Source: Bacteroidota bacterium (GTDB lineage Bacteria; Bacteroidota; Bacteroidia; Bacteroidales; JAHJDW01). From it: a stretch of 64,000 nt of DNA. A program made the translations under genes and the position numbers. Positions 53,000 to 61,504 of this stretch are shown piece by piece. Below the pieces are notes generated by a model. The model saw only the letters and a list, made by a program, of their open reading frames with translations, did not search any database and was not told the DNA's origin. The first letter of the stretch is position 1; every line of letters begins with the position of its first letter. The stretch covers positions 1,095-65,094 of the forward strand of contig JAHJDW010000032.1 in NCBI GenBank assembly GCA_018812245.1. The letters run 5' to 3'.

Positions 53000-55228
53000 A
53001 TGAAAAAAGCAAAGTGCATATTCTTCCTGATGTTTATTTTCCAGCTCGTGATCCATCCGGGCTATGGCACTGAAAAAGACACCTTGCCGGAGGTTTACAA
53101 GGCTTGCAATACAGATACGTGCCGGGTAAGGATTTTGCTGGAAATCGCCAATGGATTTGCCGGAAAGAAAAATGATAAAGCCGAAGCTTATGCAATAATG
53201 GCGTTGGATATTGCCAAAGAGAACAAACTTCTGGCAGAAGAATCGAATGTCAGAACGACGCTGGGAATGATATACGGTAGAGGTGGAAAATACCGGGATG
53301 CCATCACGCAATCATTGATTTCAGCCGACATCAAAAGAACTATTAACGATCTGGAGGGTTTAGCGAAAACGTACAACAATCTTGGAACAACATATTATTA
53401 CAAAGGCGACTACGACAGCGGCATAGCTTTTCATATTAAATCCATTTCGATCAAAGAAGAAATTGGCGATTCGATCGGAATGGCGAATTCATACAATAAT
53501 ATAGGAAACATTTACAATGAGACCGACCGGATTGAGGATGCCCGTAAATACTACAACCTATCATTGGATGTTGCGAGGAAAATCGGGGATATCAGCGCAG
53601 AAGCAAGGGCAGTGAGCAACCTCGGACTTGTTTTTTATGACATGAAAGAATTCGAAAAAGCCATTGAATTCTTCAACAAGTCGATTGATCTTAAGCTTGC
53701 AATGAACGACGAAAAAGGTTCTTCAACATCGCTGAATAATCTTGCTGTGGTTTACCGTGATATGGAAGAAAATGAGAAAGCACTCCGGATTTTTGAAAAA
53801 GTATTGGATATTAAAACGAAATACAACGATCCCTGGGGGCAGGCAAATACGCGTAATAATCTTGCCAGTTGCCAAACGAAGCTGGGAAATCATAATGGCG
53901 CAATCAAAAATTGCAGCATTGCATACGATCTGGCTGACCAATTGGGATCACTTCCCGTAAAGCGTGACGCATGCCAGGGATTGTTTATTGCCTACGCACA
54001 GTCAGGCAACTTTGAAAAAGCATTTTTAAACGCTGAGGAATTCATTATTCTGAACGACAGCATCATGAATACGGAGCGGGACAAAACGATTGCCAATTTC
54101 CGTGAAAAATATGAGACCGAAAAGAAGGAAAAGGAAATCCAGCTTTTGAATAAAGACAAAGAATTACAGGATGCCGAGATAAAAATGCAGCAGGTTGATC
54201 TGGACAACAAGCGACTTCAGCGCAACGGCTTCATCATCGGGTTTATTTTTGTCGGGTTGCTGGTAATTATCGCCATATACGCATATATACAAAAGCGAAA
54301 AGACAACAGGAAATTAGCACAGCAAAGAGACGAAATCACGATCAAGAATCAGGAACTGGAGCAGCAGAAAGAGGAAATCTCAGCCCAACGTGATGAAATT
54401 GAAAAACAGCACGGAATTGCTATCATTCAACGCGACGAGATTCAGCACCAGAAAACGATGATCACTGATAGCATCAGCTACGCACAGCGGATTCAGCAGG
54501 CTATCCTCCCTCCCATTGATGTGATAAAATCAGTGCTTCCCGGGTCATTTGTTATGTTTCAGCCCAAAGATATTGTGAGCGGTGATTTTTACTGGGTTCA
54601 GAAAGTACAGGCATCAAACGGAGATGACATTGTAGTTGCAGCAGCAGCCGATTGCACAGGACATGGTGTTCCCGGAGCATTCATGAGCATTTTATGTTCA
54701 AATATTCTGAATCAGGCAATCAAGGAACGGGATGTGAGCGATACCGGCGGACTAATGAATTATCTATCAGCAGAAATCCGGCGTTCTTTGCGCAGAGATT
54801 CTTCAATGGAAGAAGTGAAAGACGGCATGGATCTGACGCTGGCAGCCATTAACAAGCAAAAAATGGTAATGGAATACTCAGGAGTTCACAATCCGCTTTA
54901 CATTGTACGCGATGAAAATGTTATGACACTCAAAACCGACGATCACCCTCTTGGAGAGCCGTTTTCTGAAGAATTTCCATCATATACAAAATACCATCTT
55001 GATTTGTTGTCTGGCGACTGGCTTTACATGCTCTCCGACGGATATCCCGACCAGTTTGGTGGAGAAAACAGGAAGAAATTACTCCGGAAGCGATTCAGGG
55101 AATTAATAAGCAGGGCAGTTAAACTTTCCGGAGAACAGCAGGAAAACCTGCTTCGGGAAACTTTTAACACCTGGAAAGGAAATGTGGAACAGTACGATGA
55201 TGTACTTGTTTTTGGAATTAAAATATGA
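53000..55228 (+). CDS. TPR-repeat membrane sensor with a C-terminal PP2C/SpoIIE-type phosphatase domain (paralogue 2)
   Basis: Same architecture as the upstream gene: KYETEKKEKEIQLLNKDK, TM helix IIGFIFVGLLVIIAIYAYI, EQQKEEISAQRDEIEKQ, AQRIQQAILPP, VSGDFYW, AADCTGHGVPGAFMS, LSDGYPDQ, YDDVLVFGIKI. Confidence 0.85.
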   Translation: MKKAKCIFFLMFIFQLVIHPGYGTEKDTLPEVYKACNTDTCRVRILLEIANGFAGKKNDKAEAYAIMALDIAKENKLLAEESNVRTTLGMIYGRGGKYRDAITQSLISADIKRTINDLEGLAKTYNNLGTTYYYKGDYDSGIAFHIKSISIKEEIGDSIGMANSYNNIGNIYNETDRIEDARKYYNLSLDVARKIGDISAEARAVSNLGLVFYDMKEFEKAIEFFNKSIDLKLAMNDEKGSSTSLNNLAVVYRDMEENEKALRIFEKVLDIKTKYNDPWGQANTRNNLASCQTKLGNHNGAIKNCSIAYDLADQLGSLPVKRDACQGLFIAYAQSGNFEKAFLNAEEFIILNDSIMNTERDKTIANFREKYETEKKEKEIQLLNKDKELQDAEIKMQQVDLDNKRLQRNGFIIGFIFVGLLVIIAIYAYIQKRKDNRKLAQQRDEITIKNQELEQQKEEISAQRDEIEKQHGIAIIQRDEIQHQKTMITDSISYAQRIQQAILPPIDVIKSVLPGSFVMFQPKDIVSGDFYWVQKVQASNGDDIVVAAAADCTGHGVPGAFMSILCSNILNQAIKERDVSDTGGLMNYLSAEIRRSLRRDSSMEEVKDGMDLTLAAINKQKMVMEYSGVHNPLYIVRDENVMTLKTDDHPLGEPFSEEFPSYTKYHLDLLSGDWLYMLSDGYPDQFGGENRKKLLRKRFRELISRAVKLSGEQQENLLRETFNTWKGNVEQYDDVLVFGIKI

Positions 55229-56361
55229 TCGACTTAAAAATTATTGAGAAAGCAACACTTTTCAGACAAACGTTGCACCAACATCCTGAGTTATCGGGAG
55301 GAGAAGAAAAAACATCGACCAGAATCCGTAATTTGCTAAAGGATTATCCAAATCTGGAAGTGATCGAATTTCCGGGAACCTTTAGCCTTTTGGTGGTTTG
55401 CGATTCCGGAAAACCGGGAAAAACAGTGGTATTCAGGGGCGATATTGATGCGCTTCCGGTAACTGAGTCAGAAAAAAATCAGGTAGTATCGAAAACTGAA
55501 GGCATTAGTCATGCCTGCGGGCACGACGGACATTCTGCCATACTTGTTGCTACTGCAATGCACTTTTCGGCATTCCCGCCTCTATCAGGCAAGGTGGTTT
55601 TGCTGTTTCAGGCAGAAGAAGAAACTGGCCAGGGTGCTGTAAAAGTTGTTCACGACGAGGTTTTTACGACTTTTCAACCCGATTTCATTTTCGGCATTCA
55701 CAATTTGCCTGGATTTCCGTTAGGCGCAATTGTGGTTCGCGAGCAATCGTTTGCCTGCGCTTCGGCAGGAATAATATGCCGTCTGATCGGGAAAACAAGC
55801 CATGCCGCCGAGCCGGAGCTTGGAATCAGCCCGATACCGGCAATTTCTGATATGATTATTTCGTTCAAAGCCTTGAATGAGAATAAAACATTCTTTGAAG
55901 ATTTTGTACTGATTACCCCCATTCACATTCGAGCCGGAGAGGTTGCGTTTGGCACAAGTCCGGGTGATGCCGTATTTATGCTCACGCTACGAGCCGCCAC
56001 CGAGAAGGACTTTATGATGTTGAAGAGCATGGTGTCGGCCATTGCAATACAAACCGCTGAATCGTACAAGCTGGAATCAAAAATCTCGTACGTTGAAGAA
56101 TTTCCGGCTACAGTCAATCACCCTGATTGTGTGGCCATTCTGAAATCAGCGGCTGGGGAGGTTATTGTTCCCGAAGGACCTTTCCGTTGGTCGGAAGACT
56201 TTGGATACTACGGTCGGATGGCTCCGGCAGCTCTGTTTGGAATAGGTTCCGGCGAAGACTGCCCGGTACTGCATAGCCCGGAATATTCTTTTCCTGATGA
56301 AATTATCCCAAAAGCTGTAGAAGTGATTGTGAAAACCGCGCTTGTAGCTGGGATGGTGTAA
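55225..56361 (+). CDS. M20-family amidohydrolase (aminoacylase/hippurate-hydrolase-like)
   Basis: FRQTLHQHPELSGGEEKTS, VFRGDIDALPV, HACGHDGH and LLFQAEEE are the M20D signature blocks. The ATG overlaps the upstream stop (ATGA). Confidence 0.8.
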   Translation: MIDLKIIEKATLFRQTLHQHPELSGGEEKTSTRIRNLLKDYPNLEVIEFPGTFSLLVVCDSGKPGKTVVFRGDIDALPVTESEKNQVVSKTEGISHACGHDGHSAILVATAMHFSAFPPLSGKVVLLFQAEEETGQGAVKVVHDEVFTTFQPDFIFGIHNLPGFPLGAIVVREQSFACASAGIICRLIGKTSHAAEPELGISPIPAISDMIISFKALNENKTFFEDFVLITPIHIRAGEVAFGTSPGDAVFMLTLRAATEKDFMMLKSMVSAIAIQTAESYKLESKISYVEEFPATVNHPDCVAILKSAAGEVIVPEGPFRWSEDFGYYGRMAPAALFGIGSGEDCPVLHSPEYSFPDEIIPKAVEVIVKTALVAGMV

Positions 56362-56394
56362 AAAAAAGGCTGCCAGAAACCCGACAGCCTTTTC
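56361..56394. terminator. bidirectional terminator between the convergent M20 and ppdK genes
   Basis: AAGGCTG-12 nt loop-CAGCCTT stem, flanked by an A8 run on one side and TTTT on the other. Confidence 0.55.
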
Positions 56395-56397
56395 GAA

Positions 56398-59202
56398 TTA
56401 TTCAACAACGACTAATTTCTTCCCTTTTGCCTTTGCTTTTGCTTTTGGCTTTGATGCTTTCTTCGCAGCAGCCGCAGGTTTCCTCGGGAAACGAATCGCA
56501 GCCTGTGCAGCAGCAAGACGAGCTATCGGAACGCGGAACGGCGAGCAACTCACGTAATCCATGCCCACAATATGGCAGAATTCAACAGAACCTGGTTCAC
56601 CACCATGTTCTCCACAAATACCAATTTTCAGCTTCGGACTTGTGGTGCGACCTTTTTTCACTGCCATTTCAACCAATTGTCCTACACCTTCGCGGTCGAG
56701 TACCTGGAAAGGATCGTGCTTCAGCAAGTTCTTTTTCAGATAAACCGGCAGGAATTTCCCGGCATCATCACGCGAGTAACCAAAGGTCATCTGCGTTAAA
56801 TCGTTTGTGCCAAATGAGAAAAACTCGGCTGATGTGGCAATCTCGTCGGCAACCAGCGCAGCACGCGGAACTTCAATCATAGTCCCCACCAGGTATGGGA
56901 TGCGGTCTTTCATCTCAGCGAAAACCTTTTCGGCAGTTTCGCGAACAATTTTCTCCTGCAGCTTCATTTCAGCCAGCGTACCGGTAAGCGGAATCATAAT
57001 TTCCGGAATGGCACGAATGCCTTTTTTCTTCAGCTTTAACGCGGCCTGAATAATAGCCCTGGCCTGCATTTCAGAAATTTCAGGATAAGTATTTCCCAAA
57101 CGACAACCACGGTGACCGAGCATCGGATTGAATTCGTGAAGTGATTCAACCAGTTCTCTAACTTTGGCGAGCGTAATGCCCATTTCTTTTGCCATCTCCT
57201 TTTGTTCCTTTTCTTCATGAGGAACAAACTCATGGAGAGGCGGATCGAGCAGGCGAACAGTAACGGGGAGATCTTTCATGGCTTTGAAAATGCCTTCGAA
57301 ATCTTCGCGCTGTATCGGCAGCAGTTTATCCAGTGCTTTGCGGCGTCCAGCCTCATCGTTGGCAAGGATCATTTCACGAACGGCCATGATCTTATCGCCA
57401 CCGAAAAACATGTGCTCAGTACGGCAGAGACCGATACCTTTGGCACCAAATCCACGGGCAACTTCGCTATCGTGCGGAGTGTCAGCATTTGTGCGCACGT
57501 ACATTTCAGCGTGCTTGTCAGCCAGTTTCATCAATTCACCAAAATCGCCACTTAATTCAGGATCGCGGGTACCGATTTTTCCTTCATACACTTCGCCGGT
57601 TGAGCCGTTAAGCGAAATCCAGTCGCCTTCCTTCAATTTTACGCCGTCAGCTTCAATTGTCCTGGTTTTGTAGTCAATTTTTATCGCACCGGCACCGGAA
57701 ACACAGCATTTTCCCATTCCACGGGCAACAACAGCCGCATGAGAGGTCATTCCTCCACGAGCCGTTAGAATACCGTTGGCAAGGTTCATCCCTTTCAGGT
57801 CTTCAGGCGAAGTTTCGATTCGCACGAGAATGATACGTTTCCCTTTTTCAGCCCATGCTTCTGCGTCGTCGGCGTGAAAAACGATCTGACCAGTAGCAGC
57901 ACCCGGGGAAGCAGGAAGTCCTTTTGCCAGCACTTTTGCTTTTTTTATCGCCGCAAGGTCGAATACGGGATGAAGAAGTTCGTCAAGCTTATTAGGTTCA
58001 ACGCGTAATAATGCTGTTTTTTCGTCAATCATCTTTTCGCGGAGCATATCCACTGCGATTTTCACCATAGCTGCACAAGTGCGTTTTCCACCACGGGTTT
58101 GGAGCATCCACAACTTACCCTCCTGAATGGTAAATTCGATGTCCTGCATGTCTTTGTAATGCTTTTCCAGTTTTTTCTGGGTAGTATCCAACTCCTTGTA
58201 GAGTTTGGGCATGCTTTCTTCAAGCGAAGGGAATTTGGTTTTCCTGTCCTTTTCAGAAACAGTAGCCAGTTTTGCCCATCTGCGGCTGCCTTCGATGGTT
58301 ATCTGCTGCGGTGTGCGTATTCCTGCCACCACATCTTCGCCCTGCGCATCAATCAGATATTCACCATTGAACAGATTTTCGCCGGTTCCGGCATCACGTG
58401 TGAATGCAACACCTGTCGCAGATGCTTGTCCCATATTTCCGAAAACCATAGCCTGAACTGTAACGGCAGTGCCCCATTCAGAAGGAATGTTATTCAACAT
58501 GCGATAATAAACAGCACGATCATTCATCCAGCTATCAAAAACTGCCATAACTGATCCCCAAAGTTGTTCCCATGGGTCAGTCGGGAAATCTTTCTTTGTT
58601 ACTTTCTTAACTGCCTTTTTGAAACGGGTAACCAGTTCTTTGAAATCAGCAGTAGTGAGTTCAGAATCGTTTTCGATTCCTCTTTCATGCTTCAGTTTTT
58701 CGATAATTTCTTCAAACGGATCCGGGTCTTCTTTCGACGCGGGTTTCATCCCCATTACAACGTCGCCGTACATCTGAACAAACCTTCTGTATGAATCCCA
58801 AACAAAGCGGTCGTTTCCTGTCTTAGCGATCAATCCTTTAACAGCATCTTCGTTCAAACCAAGATTCAACACTGTATCCATCATACCGGGCATTGAAACC
58901 CGGGCGCCAGAACGAACCGAGAGCAAACATGGGTTTTTGGAATCGCCGAATTTTGTTCCCATTACTTTTTCAACTTTCTTCACAGCATCAATCACCTGGG
59001 TTTTGATCAGCTTAACCGCTGCCGCCTGGCCTTTCTTCGTGTATTCCGTACACACCTCTGTTGTAATGGTAAATCCGGGAGGAACCGGAACGCCAATCAG
59101 GTTCATTTCGGCGAGGTTTGCACCTTTTCCGCCCAACAGATTTTTCATGCTTGCATTGCCTTCGGCTTTTATGTTGCCAAAGAAATAAACGTACTTTGTC
59201 AT
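56398..59202 (-). CDS. ppdK: pyruvate, phosphate dikinase with a Lys/Ala-rich C-terminal extension
   Basis: MTKYVYFFGNIKAEGNASMKNLLGGKGANLAEM, the phospho-His region GGMTSHAAVVARGMGK, and the PEP-utilising C-domain GICGEHGGEP...SCSPFRVPIARLAAAQAA. The tail RFPRKPAAAAKKASKPKAKAKAKGKKLVVVE follows. Confidence 0.95.
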   Translation of the reverse strand: MTKYVYFFGNIKAEGNASMKNLLGGKGANLAEMNLIGVPVPPGFTITTEVCTEYTKKGQAAAVKLIKTQVIDAVKKVEKVMGTKFGDSKNPCLLSVRSGARVSMPGMMDTVLNLGLNEDAVKGLIAKTGNDRFVWDSYRRFVQMYGDVVMGMKPASKEDPDPFEEIIEKLKHERGIENDSELTTADFKELVTRFKKAVKKVTKKDFPTDPWEQLWGSVMAVFDSWMNDRAVYYRMLNNIPSEWGTAVTVQAMVFGNMGQASATGVAFTRDAGTGENLFNGEYLIDAQGEDVVAGIRTPQQITIEGSRRWAKLATVSEKDRKTKFPSLEESMPKLYKELDTTQKKLEKHYKDMQDIEFTIQEGKLWMLQTRGGKRTCAAMVKIAVDMLREKMIDEKTALLRVEPNKLDELLHPVFDLAAIKKAKVLAKGLPASPGAATGQIVFHADDAEAWAEKGKRIILVRIETSPEDLKGMNLANGILTARGGMTSHAAVVARGMGKCCVSGAGAIKIDYKTRTIEADGVKLKEGDWISLNGSTGEVYEGKIGTRDPELSGDFGELMKLADKHAEMYVRTNADTPHDSEVARGFGAKGIGLCRTEHMFFGGDKIMAVREMILANDEAGRRKALDKLLPIQREDFEGIFKAMKDLPVTVRLLDPPLHEFVPHEEKEQKEMAKEMGITLAKVRELVESLHEFNPMLGHRGCRLGNTYPEISEMQARAIIQAALKLKKKGIRAIPEIMIPLTGTLAEMKLQEKIVRETAEKVFAEMKDRIPYLVGTMIEVPRAALVADEIATSAEFFSFGTNDLTQMTFGYSRDDAGKFLPVYLKKNLLKHDPFQVLDREGVGQLVEMAVKKGRTTSPKLKIGICGEHGGEPGSVEFCHIVGMDYVSCSPFRVPIARLAAAQAAIRFPRKPAAAAKKASKPKAKAKAKGKKLVVVE

Positions 59203-59361
59203 AGATTCAAAAGATTTATAATTGTAAGACTTTGTTTTTCAGTCATTTATGGTACTTTCCCATTTTTTGGAATCCAAAATTACAATTTTTTTGAATAGAA
59301 TGGCATTAAAAACATGTTTTTGAGGTAGTGCTATTGGCATCTTTGATAGAATGCGAATAAC

Positions 59362-59760
59362 TCAGAGTTTTTGGGAAAGAATTTTAACATTATTATCAAT
59401 GCCCCAAAAATCTTTGGTATTTGCAGTGAACAAATCCGCTCCCATTTTATGAGCAGTAGCCATGACAATTGCATCAGGGAGTTTAATTTTTTTCTTTCGT
59501 CTATACGTGATTACCAACTGTGCAATTTCCTCGTCAGAATGAACAACTTCAAAAGAGCCTACCAATTGCTCAGCAAGTTCCATTTAAGCGCCAGATGCAA
59601 AAGGAAAACCAAGAACTTCCATTTGAGTAATCACGGAAATATAGACAAAAGGATATGATACTATCGTTTTGAGAACTTCAGGTGTCCCCGTTAAGCCTAT
59701 TTCCGTCCCGCTACGGAATGAGCCTTCTTTGGTGGAGTTGAAGATGAAGATATAGGCGAA
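59362..59760 (-). pseudogene. degraded PIN-domain (VapC-like) toxin gene interrupted by an in-frame TAA
   Basis: The tracked ORF 59362-59583 carries the PIN C-terminal half (LPDAIVMATAHKMGADLFTANTKDFWGI). The codon directly upstream of its ATG is TAA (59584-59586). The same frame continues upstream as ...VYISVITQMEVLGFPFASGA, the typical middle PIN block. I found no credible start and no N-terminal DTN-type acidic motif. Confidence 0.6.
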
Positions 59761-59820
59761 CTTTACGAAGAAAAAAAGTAATTTTGTCAGGTCATCTCGT
59801 TCTTTGATGATTTTTTTGAA

Positions 59821-59828
59821 GGGGGGGG
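59821..59828. repeat. G8 homopolymer tract (preceded by T7)
   Basis: TTTTTTTGAAGGGGGGGGCA, read directly. It lies just upstream of the degraded PIN gene, within the same open frame. Confidence 0.8.
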
Positions 59829-60223
59829 CAACATCACCAGAATATTCACATTATATACTATGACATCAAAAGCCGCAATGGAAAATAATTAGCAAATCAT
59901 AGCCTTTCTATAGAAAAAATTTGTGTTCCCCGAATGACGAATAAAAAAACGCTAAAGCCTTGATTACAAAACAGATGCGTCATGCTGAAATTCAAGTTGT
60001 GTTACATCTTTTCTTCAACAAGTGAATTTTTCAAGACACTCCACATTCCCCGCCAATCCCAGATATCTCCCTCTTCAACCTCACAAGATTTACACAACTG
60101 AAATTATTCCGGATATCGAAACGGGTTGATTTTTCAAACATTCCGATAATAATTCAAGATGCTTGTTTCAAGTAGCTACACCGAGAAAATCACGGCAAAT
60201 TTTTAATATTCGCTATAAAAAAT

Positions 60224-60231
60224 TATATTTG
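60224..60231 (+). promoter_or_regulatory. candidate -7 box TATATTTG upstream of the Rpn-like gene
   Basis: Exact TAnnTTTG match 22 nt upstream of the ATG at 60254. Confidence 0.45.
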
Positions 60232-60253
60232 TACCTTTGTCCTAAATCAAAAG

Positions 60254-61168
60254 ATGATGACAGAATTTCGGGAAAAATACGTAAATCCATTCACCGATTA
60301 CGGTTTTAAGCGACTTTTTGGCGAAGAGCCAAACAAGGATTTATTGCTCGACTTTCTCAACCAGTTGCTAAAGGAAGAACAGGGCGAAATTACCGAACTG
60401 ACTTATCTGAAAAATGAGAACCTTCCGGCTACTGAACTAAACAGGAAGGCCATATTTGACCTGTATTGCACCAATGCAGCGGGTGAAAAATTTATCGTTG
60501 AACTGCAAAAAACAAAGCAAAAGTTTTTCAAAGACAGAACCGTCTATTATTCCACTTTTCCCATCCAGGAGCAGGCGGTATCAGGCAGCGAATGGAGTTT
60601 TGAGCTAAAAAAGGTGTACACCATTGCCATTCTGGACTTTGTGTTTGACGAAGACAAAAACCAGCCTGATAAATACCGATATGATGTAAAACTGAGCGAC
60701 ATTCAAACGAAAAAGGTGTTTTACGACAAACTGACATTTATCTATCTGGAAATGCCGAAGTTCAATAAAGCTTTTGATGAGCTTGAAACCAGGTTCGACA
60801 AATGGCTGTACGTGATAAAGAACCTGAATAAACTGGATAGGATTCCCGGGACTTTCAAAGAAAAGGTTTTCCTCAAACTATTTGAAACTGCCGAAATCGC
60901 AAAGTTCAGTCCGGTAGAATTTCAGGAATACGAAGACAGTTTGAAATACTATAGAGATCTAAAAAATTCATTGGATACGGCAAGAGAAGAAGGTATGGCT
61001 GAAGGAATAGAGAAAGGTATAGCAGAAGGAATAGAAAAAGGTATAGCAGAAGGTGAAAGAAAAAAGCAAATTGAAATTGCCAAAGGCATGATTGCTAAAG
61101 GATTAGATGTGTCTCTGATTATGGAAATTACCGGGTTGGACAAACAGGAAATTGAAGCCCTATTATAG
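60254..61168 (+). CDS. Rpn/YhgA-like PD-(D/E)XK nuclease family protein (putative transposase-like, recombination-promoting nuclease family)
   Basis: The N-terminus is YVNPFTDYGFKRLFGEEPNKDLLLDFLNQLL, followed by FDLYCTNAAGEKFIVELQK (D...E-x-K nuclease core) and FIYLEMPKF. The C-terminus has an EG-rich repeat, EGMAEGIEKGIAEGIEKGIAEGERKK, typical of this family. Confidence 0.75.
   Translation: MMTEFREKYVNPFTDYGFKRLFGEEPNKDLLLDFLNQLLKEEQGEITELTYLKNENLPATELNRKAIFDLYCTNAAGEKFIVELQKTKQKFFKDRTVYYSTFPIQEQAVSGSEWSFELKKVYTIAILDFVFDEDKNQPDKYRYDVKLSDIQTKKVFYDKLTFIYLEMPKFNKAFDELETRFDKWLYVIKNLNKLDRIPGTFKEKVFLKLFETAEIAKFSPVEFQEYEDSLKYYRDLKNSLDTAREEGMAEGIEKGIAEGIEKGIAEGERKKQIEIAKGMIAKGLDVSLIMEITGLDKQEIEALL
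61001..61056 (+). repeat. 24-bp tandem repeat, about 2.3 copies, inside the Rpn-like gene
   Basis: GAAGGAATAGAGAAAGGTATAGCA / GAAGGAATAGAAAAAGGTATAGCA / GAAGGTGA, encoding EGIEKGIA repeats. Confidence 0.85.
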
Positions 61169-61452
61169 ACAACAAAATTTATGGTAGCGAGCGGCGCATC
61201 CGTGCTGGCATACAAAGGCAAAGCAAACGTTAATCAGCCAAAATCCCTGACTGACTTTGACGGCATTACCGACCCGCTTGATCTTTTCGCCTCTCCCCGC
61301 ATGTACCCTGTAATGGTACTTTACATTGCCAACCGCCTGAAATGGGATTTGTAAAGAAGGGCATTTATGGAAACGCAGGTTCATTCCCTTCGGGAAATCG
61401 TGAAACGCAAGCCGCATCTGCAATCTGAATGATATGCAGGGTTCAGTGCATC

Positions 61453-61485
61453 AAAAAACCCCTCACGGTTTCCGCAAGGGGTTTT
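61453..61485 (-). terminator. rho-independent terminator after the PKD-repeat gene
   Basis: Minus strand reads AAAACCCCT-loop-AGGGGTTTT followed by TT, giving a 6-T run overall; the first four Ts also pair in the stem. It lies 20 nt past the stop at 61505. Confidence 0.7.
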
Positions 61486-61504
61486 ATGTTATGCCGGTTA
61501 AATA

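Noticed and set aside
47475-59586. Two in-frame TAA codons (47475-47477 and 59584-59586) raised the idea of TAA reassignment or systematic read-through.
   Set aside because: TAA is used as the ordinary terminator of many intact genes in the window, for example dnaX, the caspase gene and the NfeD gene. No other gene is fragmented. Isolated nonsense mutations or sequencing errors are far more likely.
61163-61423. Tracked ORF 61163-61423 (-), 86 aa.
   Set aside because: The composition is Cys/His/Arg-rich and it runs antisense to a more protein-like 57-codon plus-strand ORF. It has no promoter box and overlaps the end of the Rpn-like gene.
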